Shown here piece after piece: positions 22,645 to 34,917 of a stretch of 64,000 nt of DNA; the first letter of the stretch is position 1, and the number at the start of each line of letters is the position of its first letter. The notes beneath the pieces are model-generated. The model made no database searches, was not told where the DNA came from, and worked only from the letters and a program-made list of their open reading frames with translations. Origin of the DNA: Ancylonema sp. Taxonomy: Eukaryota. The stretch spans positions 1 through 64,000 of the forward strand of contig JBFLGF010000027.1 of assembly GCA_050230475.1 (NCBI GenBank), in the 5' to 3' direction. A program made the position numbers and the translations under genes.

Positions 22645-24135
22645 TGTTAGGAATTATTCGGATAAGCGCCTACTTCACTTGATTGCCTAGTCCGGAATAA
22701 TTGCCTAAATATTTTGTTGCACGGAGCCGGGTACACCACACCCGGGCATCCGTCCGCCTTTGCACGTGTCCACACTTGTACGGCGTGTCAGTATCTAGTT
22801 GTCGTTAGATATGTCACAACGACTCTAAGGCGGTGTCATCAATCCATTGGCTAACATGGTTGGTGACAGTTTAGTCCGGCAAGTTGCCGTGGATCTTTCA
22901 TGTGATGCTAGTTTATGATTGGTCGACGGTCAGAGTTCCGACCGTCGGCTGTAGAAAAGTGTCCGAGCTAATTTGTCCGTTGTATGACCGTCGGGATACT
23001 TTATTCTTGACGATGACACTTATACAATAACTATTCCACAAACAAATCTCGTGTCGTACGGAAAATCATTTTTGCGTTGTAGCCTGATTCTGAGTATCGA
23101 GTGCAATTGGCCGACCGAACGCTGAAAGGTTATGGGCCCACAGGTGGTCTAGGATTTCGGACGCCGTGGTGTCAAACTCGTATAGGTTGCACGCGATTCA
23201 TTGTGCCAAGTCACGGAACATAACGGTAAATTGCGCCTGTGTTGTTAGGGCAATTTGGCTGGGAAATTTGCTGCACGTAATTGTGGATTGCGTGTGAAGC
23301 AGCTGTTAGGGGCCAGCTGACTCGCTGCGGCCGCCTGAGAGTGTGTGTGTGCTTCAACTGGTTTTGCTACTTGCAATGGTTTTTTGCGCTTGTATTGCTA
23401 ACGTGCTCGCAGAATGGGGGACAAGAGTAACATCCCGCAGTTCAGTGGGGCCGCATATAAGGCGATATATATATATGCGATTTGGACTCATCAAGAAGAA
23501 GCTCCACAAGGTGATCTTTGGGTTCAGGGGGAAGGCGAGATACCCTCGACTTGCGGTTATCGTGCCTCTAACATAGGCAGATCTGAACCTTCTTGCTAAT
23601 AATGCTGCTAGGATTGCTGCAAACTCTGCTCGTCAAATTCTCATCAATGCCAGGCAACTAGAATGTGATGCATGGGATGAACTTGACTCAACGGCTCAAG
23701 CGTATCTTGTTAAGTACCTTGGGTCGACAGAACAAACACATGTTAGGAGGTGTGAGTATGCGTATGAAATTTGGGAGGCACTTGAGTCTCATTATGTGCT
23801 GCAAGGTGACATTGAAATTGCCAATGCTACTGCGAGGCTTTCAGCCATCATAATGTATGAAGCTGAAGAGTTGCTAGTTTATGTCCTTCGCTTGGAGGCA
23901 CTACATGAAGAGCTCGATGCCCTGGGAAAGCCGCTGACGCCATCAAAAGAGGCCACGTCGCTGCTGAACTCGTTGAACACGCGCTACAATCTACTAGTGG
24001 GATCGTTCATGCTTTGGGCGACAACCGCTCCCAGCCACTACACGATTCCGCGCATCGTCTTGGTGCTGCAGCGAAACAACGTGCGTGAAGAAATCAACGA
24101 GCGCAAGCGTGGACAGCCGGCTGGTGGCGAGCACC
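22645..24135 (+). mobile_element. Ty1/copia element C fragment (5' LTR, PBS, degenerate gag)
   Basis: LTR TGTTAG (22645) to GCTGAAA (23127), PBS GGTTATGGGCCCA 23128-23140. Gag is similar to that of B (LQGDIEIANATARLSAII...LLNSLNTRY...REEINERKRG). Confidence 0.85.
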
Positions 24136-24591
24136 ATGCACAATATTTGTTCTATTTCGACACCCTAACACTCTTCATTGTCTACACCACCTTAAATAAC
24201 CCCCCTCTCCCCAATAACCACTCCTCACTTTTCACTTCCCCGAAAATATTTCCTCACTCCGAATAACACACTTCCAAATACCAAATCACACCAAAAATTC
24301 AGCCATTTTGTCAATTTTGAATTTCACCATCTCAATCAATGGACGGTTGGATATGAACTTGTTGTTTGTTTTTGTTTAATTTTTTAATTTTGGTACAACA
24401 TCGCAAGCCACAAATGTCACATGAATATCACACTTGTGAGGTCTAGAAAAAAAAAGGAAGCCCCACGTCCTTTTTCCCCGCGGAAAATTGTATGGCAAAA
24501 AAAAACTGGCTAAAAGTTCCCCGGTCCGACCGGGTCCCGACTCGGGACCCGGTCCGACCGCGGTCCGAAAATCCAATGTTGTGCAACTATG
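24135..24591. mobile_element. Degenerate CATAGTTGCAC-family MITE truncating copia C
   Basis: Right end GTTGTGCAACTATG at ~24578-24591. Internal GGTCCGACCGCGGTCCG is shared with the copies at 46160 and 56984. Left end is degenerate. Confidence 0.5.
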
Positions 24592-26237
24592 GTCTGCGGT
24601 AGGCGGTAAGGGGCTGGGTTATTTATTTGTTCGCGATAGAGCGGCAGCGGGCGGGAGCCCGCTGAATTTTAGTTGTTCGATAGAACGATTGATATTCGAT
24701 ATTTCGATATTTGATATTTGGGGCGATTTCACGATTTGTAGCGATCGCTGTAGCGGGGAATTATTGGTGTTCGGTATAGCGGGCGTCAAGCCACGGGACG
24801 TTCCAGCGAAACGTGGTCGGGCCCGGCTCCTGGGTTGTGGGGTCCATATAGTGCCATGCTGGCAATAATATGATTGGCCGAGTGTGATCGTTAACGATTG
24901 CGGGTTTGAGTAGGATATGCTTGGACTAGATGCATCCGATCGGACGCATGTGTACGGCGTAGATTACATTCTAGCGTACTGAAAGTACAAGTGAGTCGGA
25001 AGTGCCTTGTTGGACTTTCGGACTAAGTCTTGTGACGCATGAGCACTCTCGCTGCATTACGCCAGAGTGCATACCGATTAAGCTTTGGCAAGTGCGGTGA
25101 CGTGGCACTTTGTGATTGCGTTGAGTATTGGCCATGACTATTTCAAAGGCTGATATCGTTGAGTAAATGTTATGTATCGTAGTGGTGATCATTTGTTGCA
25201 TGCGATAGTGCGTTCGACGCGCCTAGAGACAGAGCTCTATATCTTGCCCAGTACGTTATTGAGCATTTAATTGAAGCGCGTTGTCATCGCTAGTTGCGGC
25301 ACCGCATGCCGACTAGGCGCGGTGATGGGGAGCGGTGCTCGGTAACTGCATGCCGTCTAGGCGCGGTTATGCGAGTATGGGGTGTGCCTAGGGAGATGGC
25401 CTTGCTATTAGATAGCTTGTACGGTCGAGTGGACCTTGTTATAGTCCCGATGTGTACGGTGTGCCTATACGGTGTAGTACTTGCACGTGTAGCCGTACAC
25501 CATCTATATAGGTACGACAACGGAAGACACTTCTTGCACTCCATTTCAATTTCGTTGATATGAAATCGGTATATCCGTATATCATCCAATATAAATTACT
25601 ACATTCGAGGTTCGCCAAAGCACACGAAATCGGTATATTACGATTTTTTTGGCAGATAATGCACTTTTGGAATCCTGGAAGTTATGAAACATGATGTACG
25701 AAGTATGTTGACATGGATAAATATCATGTTAAGTAAGTTGGAATTTGAAAATGATTTTGGTACAAGTTTATACTCTCGTACGTACATGCATACACCCACA
25801 TGTCATTTTAGGGTCTTGTTGTACATTGCTAACGGCACTCAAAGCAAGCTTGCATTTCTATCTTGAGTACATGTTATTCAACGCCTACAATGCATAAAAC
25901 TAGCGCCTCCAATCCCAATTCTCAACTATTGTTCTAAAGAGTTTTACAAACCACACAACAAGATGAATAAAATCACATGCCTTGCCATGTTTCGTTGTTT
26001 TGTAGAGTCGGCGCCGTTGTATGTTGTGTCATGCAACTACAAATACATTTAGCCAAGAACTTGCATAAGAGCATTCCCAACCAAACAAGCTCATACTCAG
26101 AATATGTATCATGGTGGTTGGAAATATAAAATTCGACAAAAAAAACCCTCAAAAGGGTTAGTTAGTACAAAGTCGCAAATTTCGTGATTTGCGACCATGA
26201 CAACAAAGACGGAGGACAGCTCCAAACAATCAATATC

Positions 26238-28201
26238 TTACTCTGTTCGCTCTTGCTCCAAGTCCAGTTTACGTCCAATGTACCGAAAGGCACCTTGCAG
26301 TTGTGTATGTAGCCATCTCAAAATTGGGGGGTCTGTTTGCACCCAAGCCATGTAGGCTTCATGCGCGGGCACTCCTAAGAAGATGAGTAACATGAGCAAA
26401 ACGAGGACGAGGCTCAAGAGGAGCACTTTCACAAAACCGCCTTGGGATTCCACGTCCACATTCGTTTGTGGGACCCACGGGAGGCCGCCCACGTTCATCC
26501 CGAAAACTGTGCACGCACCCACCAACGATTTCGGCAGTCAACCACTCGCATTTGTTATTCATCGCTTGAAACCCTCCCCCCCCAAATCAAATGCACTATG
26601 AAAAAACCCTTCACAATATAATTCATGCGATCCCCCTAAAATAGCCTCCCATGATTTCTTCCACATCTTGTGCATACATTCGGAGAGGTATTGTTGTCTT
26701 ACATCCTGTGATGAGGTTGAGTGGGAGGAAGATCATGGACAAGATGGAGAGGTAGTACAACTTGCGATTGATCTGCTCCGACTGCCATTGGTCCAAACCA
26801 GCGCGAAGCACCGCGGCTCGAGACGCGAGGAAACCGACATTCTCCTGCAAGGACAAACAACAATCACACGGATTTTTTTTGGAAAAAACGTGTCACGTTC
26901 CCTTTTGGCCAAAGCCCTAATTGCGGATTTTTTTTTTTTGCCAAAGCCCTTCACCCCTCCCCCGCCCTCTCCATCCCCCCCTCTCCCCGCCTCACCTTCG
27001 TCCTGCTCAGCCTCCCCATCATGCTGTCCAGTGCAGCTGCGTCCTCCGGCGCTGACCATGAGGGGGGGGTGGATTTCATTTTGAGTAGCCTCGTTCGCAC
27101 CTTGGGCAGCACCACCTCGCAGTTGGCGATGGCCTGGAGGAGGCGCTGCAGGTCCAGGTGGATCTTCGGACACGTGCGGGCTTTAAGGAGCTCGCGGCGC
27201 ATGGCGTCGCCTGCTTCTCATTCCAACCAATCACATCCAATGGGGTTCAATCCTGTCAGATTCTGTCAGATTCTGTCCCTCTTGTTTCCTGTCCTCCCTC
27301 TCTCTCTGAATGTCTGTGTGTGTGTGAGAGTGCCACGTGTGTCTCTTCACTTGCCTGCGTCCAGCCCCCTCTCCAGCTCCTCCAGCCGCACCTCTGCGTC
27401 CACCACGGTGTCCTGAACCGCGTCCACAAACGTCTCCAGGATGTGAACCAGCAGCTTGCCAAGGGTGGTCGGGACAGGATTGTCCGCCTCCTGAAGCGCG
27501 TGGTTCTTGCGAAGCAACTCCTCGAGAACCTCCTCGTTGATCACAACCGAACTGCCTCGGCGTCCCGAACCCGATCCCGGTCCCGGACCCGATGCCACGT
27601 CAGCATGGGCATCCCCGCCCTTGGGCCCCCCGTTGGTCATTCCAACCCCGAAGGCTTGCGGGATTTCTGTGAGGAACGAGGAGTTGCCGATGCTCCGCGC
27701 GAACTCGAGGCGTGGGACGCGTCCAAGGGACACGCTCACGATTCGCTGCTCTGTCACGCGGACGGCGAGGCGCAGTGTGAAGGGGCTGTCCATGGGGCCA
27801 GCGGAGTTGATCCGAAACAACAGCGCCCCTCCCGCGGTTCCGCAGAACGGCCCGTTGCTCACTAGACTCGTTATATCGGATACGCTCACAGCCGGATACA
27901 TGTAGTCGATCATGGCTTTTGCCCCGGCAGCGAGGGAAGGACAGGATCGGGGAATTTCGAGATGGTACCACGAAAACGTTTCCGGACGCTCCTCGGGGAT
28001 GAGATCCCATTCCTTCACCTGGAAACCGCCCGCGGTATCAAATTGGAAAGCAAAGCGGCGCACTCGTACCTGCTGCCGCTCCTCATTCTCTGTCGCAGAG
28101 ATAAGGGGAATGGAATGGCTGCCGCTCGGAGGGGTGGAGCGGGGAGGAGGGGAGGATTCTATAAATGCGGTCGCAGAGGGAGCGGCACTAGCTTCCATCA
28201 T
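26238..28201 (-). CDS. CorA-family (ZntB-like) metal ion transporter
   Basis: Exons 28201-27355, 27210-26996, 26844-26703, 26506-26238. Motifs FSWYHLEIP, LVSNGPFCG, VSLGRVPRL, INRKLYYLSILSMIFLPLNLITGFFGMNVGG (GMN signature) and a second TM helix. Confidence 0.93.
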
Positions 28202-28611
28202 GATCACTCTTTGGCTGATGAAAATGACGTTTCATGCTCAGAGTACTCTCATACTTTCAATACTTTGACTGTCCGATTGGATGACGCGTCTACTTTCACG
28301 GCCCGCGAATGTCTAACTGATCCAGTCAGAAATCAATCGATCACTCCCGTCTCCCTACGACTGCAGGATCATTGAAGGGGGACTACACCATTGGAGACAT
28401 GAATACACGGAGGACATTCAACTTCCAGGTGGCCGCGGGTGCCAACCTTTTCCTATTGGGATACCTGCTGAGGGACCTGATGCATGGTGGTGTCTTTGGG
28501 TCGGATCTGTCAGTATTCGTAGGTTCGTAGTACGAACTTCGTACCGACGGCCGGCTGCTGAACACGGAACACGTGCGTGGGCACGTGCCAAATGTGGGTC
28601 CCTGGGGGGAC

Positions 28612-30375
28612 TAGGGTGCGGGAAGCCCGGAGCCCAATGAGCCCAGATCCCACAAGATCCGGGCTTATTGGCCTTTGGCCCGGAGCCCAAAGGTTACAGC
28701 AAGGCCCAGGAAAAATCCTAGCCTCCGAGCCCAACGAGCCCAAAGAGGCCGGAGCCCAGATCGGAGCCCGGAGCTCGAAGCCTGGAGCCCAAAACTGTTG
28801 GGCTCATTTGAGCACCTCATTTGGACTCGTTTGGGCACTGGTTATGAAATCAAGAAAAGGGAAAAAAAGGTTGAACGTTTAGGTGACAAACGACGTATGT
28901 TTCTCTGCGCCGAATCGTTGCGTCTGTGACTTCATTGTCGAGTTTGTGATCGCAGTCAATCGATGATACGATCTTTTTTTTATAGCAATACATCATCACC
29001 GACGTTCACTATTTTTTTTGTGCTGCCCAGAAGTATTTGTGGGTGAGTTGTAGAGAATTAGGGAGCATACATGGTCGACAACGACTTAGATCCGGAGCTT
29101 GCCAACGCTTTGCTTACTATGCAAGAAGCATAGGATAGTCTAAAGGAAAAACATAAGCTACAAAACGAGCAAAAGGAACAGATGTCTAAATATTACCTAT
29201 AGAAACATCATTTCCGCAAATTCCCTAAATTTGATGGGAAGAGTAAAGCGTTTGTCGTCGTCCTTGATACGCCGTTTCGAAACCGACTAAAATCGGAGAC
29301 CATATTGAAATTTTCTATCATACGAGCGCCCATGCGGAAACGTGCGCTCGAAAAGAAAGCGGCGTGGGCGACCCAAGGGGCAGGGAAGGCAGTCTCTCTT
29401 GCAACACGGAGGTAGGTGAAGTACTACCGCCATCAATTGACACCGGATGTTTCACAGGCGGCGCGAGAGGGAACCATGGTAGCGTCGATGGAAGCATCCG
29501 CGGATGAGAGGCTTGCGTTGGAAGAAGCCATTCAGTTGGAGGGGTTGGATGATATGGTGGAGCTTTGGAATTGGAGTGCGCATTCCACCCTACCTCCAGA
29601 CGACGACGTCGACGAAAGCGATGCCATATCTTTTATGGGGAAGAAGCGTCCATTGAAATAGGTCTTCATGTCTAGTTTGGGTGCTATGGACTTCACCGAA
29701 TTTTACATCTCATAGTGAATTATATGTATTGAGCACCATTGGAAGTAGACTCAGTAGTCTCAGTAGCCTCACACGTTAGGAGTTGGTGCAATGGTCAGTG
29801 TGGTACATATGTATTTCACACAATTGATCAATACAAATGCTTTGTATCACTTTCACTCACTTGTCACATATATGTGCCGAAAATATATTTTGTTCCAAAG
29901 ACACGCACTCTATCTTGTTTTTGGCTTAATATTGTCCGTTAAGGAAATATTAAATACTCCTAGGCAGTCTCGAACATCAATGGAAACATGAAGATGGGCA
30001 GTGAAAGATAATTACCATGCCAATCACTCCGAGTGATCCAAGTGAACATGATAACTAATGTAGTACACAAATCTTGAAATCGTCAACTTCGCGGAAAATA
30101 CCCAGGTTTTTCTCAATTTTTATTTATTAATGATCAACAGTGTGATGAAGATGGTGTGCTATTAGCTACCCGTAATGGAGTACTAGTTTACTTTATTTTT
30201 CATGTTGGGCTCAGGGCTCTTTGGGCTCATTTGGGCTCATTTGGGCTCCGGGTTCCGATCCGGACTTCGGGCTCCGGGCTCCGGGCTCTGGGCTCCGGGC
30301 TCCGAGCTCCGGGCTTCGGGCTCATGATGCCGGAGGCCGGAGCCCAGAGCATATGCTTGGGTTCTCCTCACCCAA
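28612..30375 (+). mobile_element. Probable hAT deletion derivative with subterminal GAGCCC/GGGCTC arrays
   Basis: GAGCCC repeats at 28625-28800 are mirrored by GGGCTC repeats at 30205-30325. Imperfect TIR TAGGGTGCGGGAAGCCC / GGGTTCTCCTCACCCAA. A stop-ridden internal frame contains TPFRNRLKSETI. No clean TSD. Confidence 0.55.
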
Positions 30376-33300
30376 GGGCTACCCCCCTCCTCCCTATGGC
30401 TATGGTTGTACGGTACAACCATCTATGGGTACAACTTGTACCCATAGACATACCCGCCCGTAGGGGGGAAATTCCCACCCGCCTCCGCCTGCGGGCGGTG
30501 ACGCCCGCAGGCGCCGCCCGGCCGCCCATAACCGGGCGCGCTGAATTTCGGGATTTCAAGAAAGCAAGTTCAATAAATAAGCATAGCTTCTAGAAGTTTT
30601 ATGGTATTCATTTTTTTTTTTTTTTTTCACGTAGGTCGGACTACGTAGTTGATATTAACACTTTTTTTTTTCTTTTTTCTGTTTCGATTAAAGTGGAGTT
30701 ATAAAAACTGAAAACACCAGAATCCTAAATAAAATCTATTTATCCGCACGCTACGTGGATATTCCCGTTCCGTACTCGGGCGGCTCCGCTCGCGGAGATT
30801 TTGACGGGCGTGTACATCTGTGGTTGTACTCACCACATATTCTCGTTTCGCATATGGTAACCTCAACACCCAGCCATTTTGTGGTTGGATACATCCGGGT
30901 GGTGAAATGCCATCCGCCGCCCGGTAGCCTACGGGGACCAGCCACCCGGTTGGGTAGACGTTAGGCAATAGAAAAAATGCAAAAAATATTCTTTTTTTTC
31001 GGAGGGTTTCCCTTCGTGCTAAAATATGAGCTCTCTTTTTTGAGGAAAAAAATGGCAAAATAAAATTTGTAAAAAAATAGATACTTAGGACGGAAATCAA
31101 ATCGCACATGGAAAATCGACTTTTCAAGATCCACAACAATGAAAAACCGAGACCTAAAAGTCTAGTATATGAAAGAGAGCTTCTCGGCTTCCAAAAGCAT
31201 GACTTCAACTCATTCCTACTCTCTCCGCATGTCTTCCGGCTCCTGCCCCTCTTCACTTGTTGTATGTTACCCCCTCGTATTCCCACTTCTAAGCTCGTTT
31301 ATGACAATAATTCGCATGGCTCACTTGTATTTAGTATACTAGTGGAATGTCATAGTTGCACAAAATGGTCGTTTTTTTATTTGGGACCGGTTACGAGATG
31401 GAATCGGTTCGGAATAGTACGAACCGGGTGAATTTGAGGGCTTTACTTTTTTTCCGCGGAAAAGTACGGCTTCGCTTCTACAAAAAAAATTGGTGGGGAG
31501 GTCTATGATTGTCTTAATAAATTTTTGCGGCGGCCCAATTATATCAATGACAAATTTAATGTCAAAAATCGTTTTCGTATAGAAATGAGTTCAATAGGAG
31601 CGTAGGAGTAAAAGCATTGGGAGCATTAAAGTATATTCATTTTAATCGATTCTCCCGGATATCAGACACGAAGGAGTTAAAGAGCATAAATGGTCAAAGT
31701 AATAGCAGTAGTGCTTGCAAACTTCATGACAAGATGAGAAAACATGATTGTGTCATCGCACTGCTTACCATTTGTCAGCACCTAGAAAAAGGCGATTACA
31801 TTCTTGCAAGGATGTGAGTAAAAATACAAAAAACGGACACGTTGTGAGGATCGAAACAAAGGAGATTAAACTGCTCGGTTTGCCCTTGAACCAAAAATGT
31901 TGCTCCATAAAATCGATGACAATATAGAGATACGTACCATCACACAATTTGTTGTTCCCACTTTTACGGTTCCAAGTACTTTTTACCGATCATTTTTTTT
32001 ATTGATTTGCTTATATCAATCTAAGAAGAAAAATCTAAGAAGAAAAAAACGTGTGGAGCTTGTGTTTTTGGTCCCTGTTGTAGGATGTGCTCGATCAATA
32101 TGCATCCTTATTATCATGCACGTGTTTGAGAAGGGAATATTCACCACAATTCACACGATAAAATGATGTCCCCCTCTACGTATGTTCTATCAATGTTACG
32201 GACCGTGTAAAGATTTGGTCAAGGTGTTGTATGAGCACTCATAAAACAAATAAAGGGAGATGAAACAAAAAAATGTGAAGGCCCGACAAAATTCCCCCCA
32301 ACCTCCCCCCCTCCTATTTGTTATTATTTTTTCCATAAACCCACATTCCCACTGCACCCCAGCCCCCAACCGCACCCCATCCAGGAGTGGGGAGGTGGAA
32401 TTCCGGGTCAGAGTTAGCACGGTTGGCCTTCTGCAAGCCGGGTGGCCCAACCGTTATCGTGAAGCGGCCGGTTGGGGATGGGCACAACACGGATGTGCAG
32501 TTGGCCTTTACGCGGCTGGCGCGGAAGTAACAAGCCTACCTCTATTGCGATGACCCAATTTTCCATCCGCCATCCGACTTCGCATTCCCCACCCGTCTTC
32601 CACCCCCATCAGCAATAGGTTGTAGGGTTGAAACCGAAAACTTGGGCAACAGGCGGACATGAGGTTGGATAACGAGAAAATGAAAAAAACGTATCAGGGA
32701 AAGGGAGATAAATGTTTTGGGACCCCGGCTTCGGACAATTTGTGAATTCCAATTTCCAATTTTCCAATTTTCCAATTTTTTTTTAAATATAAACTTAATC
32801 AAATTAATACATTTATAACTCCATCAAATTTGCAAATCCGAGAACCACACAAATTGGGTATTTCTACAGCCTAGGGAAGCTACGCCAAAATCCGCAATGA
32901 TGGCCATTTATGTTCGCAAAGGAGACAAATGGAGACTAGGACACACACTCATGCTGGTATGTTTCAACACGTGTGGACACTAGAATGCGTCAACATATGA
33001 AACTCTAAGAACATACAAGTATTTCCATTTCTCCACACAACCCAAACCACACATTCTTTGTCATATAAATATTATCTTTAGATGGTTAAAACAAATATTA
33101 ATATGCGATACATAGTGGAGACATAGAAAATGGAAAAACTCAAATAAAAGCCGACTACATAAGGTTTTTTTTTGTTTTCTTGTACTTTCTGGGTGCATGA
33201 GATGCATGCCGAACCTCCTATGGTTAATCATTTGGTCTATGTATAGCATTATATTGTCACTCATTGGCGATAACAACAATTGACGGCTTCAATTTGAAGC

Positions 33301-34917
33301 CAAAAGACAGAGGGCTTGGACTCTGTGTATGTTTCGTTGATGCTATTGGGTATTTCAGAGACAAACGCACTTAGAAACGTCACAATACAAGGAATGTGTA
33401 GAATTCACGACCGTCCCTCCCAAAACTAACTTTCAAACCTTGAAGTCGCTCCGAAGTGTTTATCCTTCCAGATTGTATACTTCACGTGTGGGTGCAAAGA
33501 TGTTCGTTTAAGAAATACGATTGCAAACAAAAATTGACTTGTATGGTTTGTAATAGCTACGTTCCACATTCCCAATTGTAACTTGATGGCAACCCGGATG
33601 GAGCTCAAAGCCGAATGATTTCCTAGCCGGGCTAATCAATAAATTGATTTAATACGAGGCAAGAGTTGTCACGCAAGTGGGCCATACTGGTCATATGTTG
33701 TTCCCATACAAGTTTGTCCGGGACATGTCTCGTATATATCCCGAACACCACTTTTCGCGGACATCTCCAAAGAATTCCAGACATGTCCGGGGCCAGATAG
33801 GCGGGTTTTTTTTTTTTTTTTTTTTTCCCCTTGTTTAAATTCAAAATATTCAAGTATGGGGGTTCACATGAAATGGTAATTTTGTAGTATTCGATTCATT
33901 CTTTTATTTTTATTTATTTATTATTTACATACACCGGCAAAATAAGTCGCCTAGGCGTTATACTTAAATCGTTTTCAAGGCAATTTCTTAGTCGGGAGAG
34001 TACGGGTCCCGGACGTATCCCAGACTTGTCCGAGCCCGGACATTTCCCGGGTCATCTATGATACCCGTATATTCTATTGCTACCTCACCCGAATCGTCAT
34101 ATCACCATCTCAACTTTCGTTATACGTGCAAATAATCACACATGTCATTCGGCACAATTATTATTTGGTAGCCGCCTGGTGTCGTTGGCGACAAGAACCA
34201 CCTTCAAAGCAATCGTCTTGAGGTGGTTGTCGTCTTCTTTAACATGCAAAAAACACATGCTTTATGATTGACAACAAAAACCTTGTTTTTTTTTTCCGTG
34301 ACCCTCATAACACCACCTCCTAGGTGAACTAAACGCGAAATTACACACATTTCTATCTTCACTTGACAAAGTACGTGCTATGAGCACTCTTCAAGGCCAC
34401 CTGGCGCACATGCATCCAAACCAAGGCTCATCCCAGTGATCAACAATGATCTCTTTTGTCAACGTCTCCTGTGACAACCATCACAGCACCACAAAAACGT
34501 ATATGCCATTATTGCAAATGTATGGCTCAGAATGTTCTTTGGATCCCCCACTTTTTGAAACAGTCAATGGCATTTCCGTTCATGTCTTGCTTACATAGCC
34601 GAAATAAGCATCCCGTGCTTGCTTGCAAGCATCTCTCTACATGCTGTTACCTTGCAAAAACCGCTTCGCAATCACACACACACATATACACAAGTACACA
34701 CACCCACACACTTGAAGTGCGCAGATTGAGGAGGTCTTTTTGGTCCCATCTTTCACTCTATCCTTACAGCCTTGGACAACTACACAATACCTCCAACGGA
34801 GTCTCTTCTGAACTTACAATCGACAACTTTCTCATGCAATCGAAACATTACTACTTTATGTCGATGTTGACACCTGCAATGCAACAATTACTTATTTTCT
34901 TCGCCAAATGTCATACC

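Noticed and set aside
25055..25320. Helitron-like hints (LAMTISKA peptide; CGGCA-CCGCA-TGCCG hairpin before CTAG)
   Set aside because: The similarity is too short, flanking helicase motifs are absent and the hairpin-CTAG spacing is atypical.
30440..34060. Scattered GC-rich inverted motifs and short ORFs
   Set aside because: Probably decayed MITE remnants. No paired TIR with TSD and no coding signal could be established.
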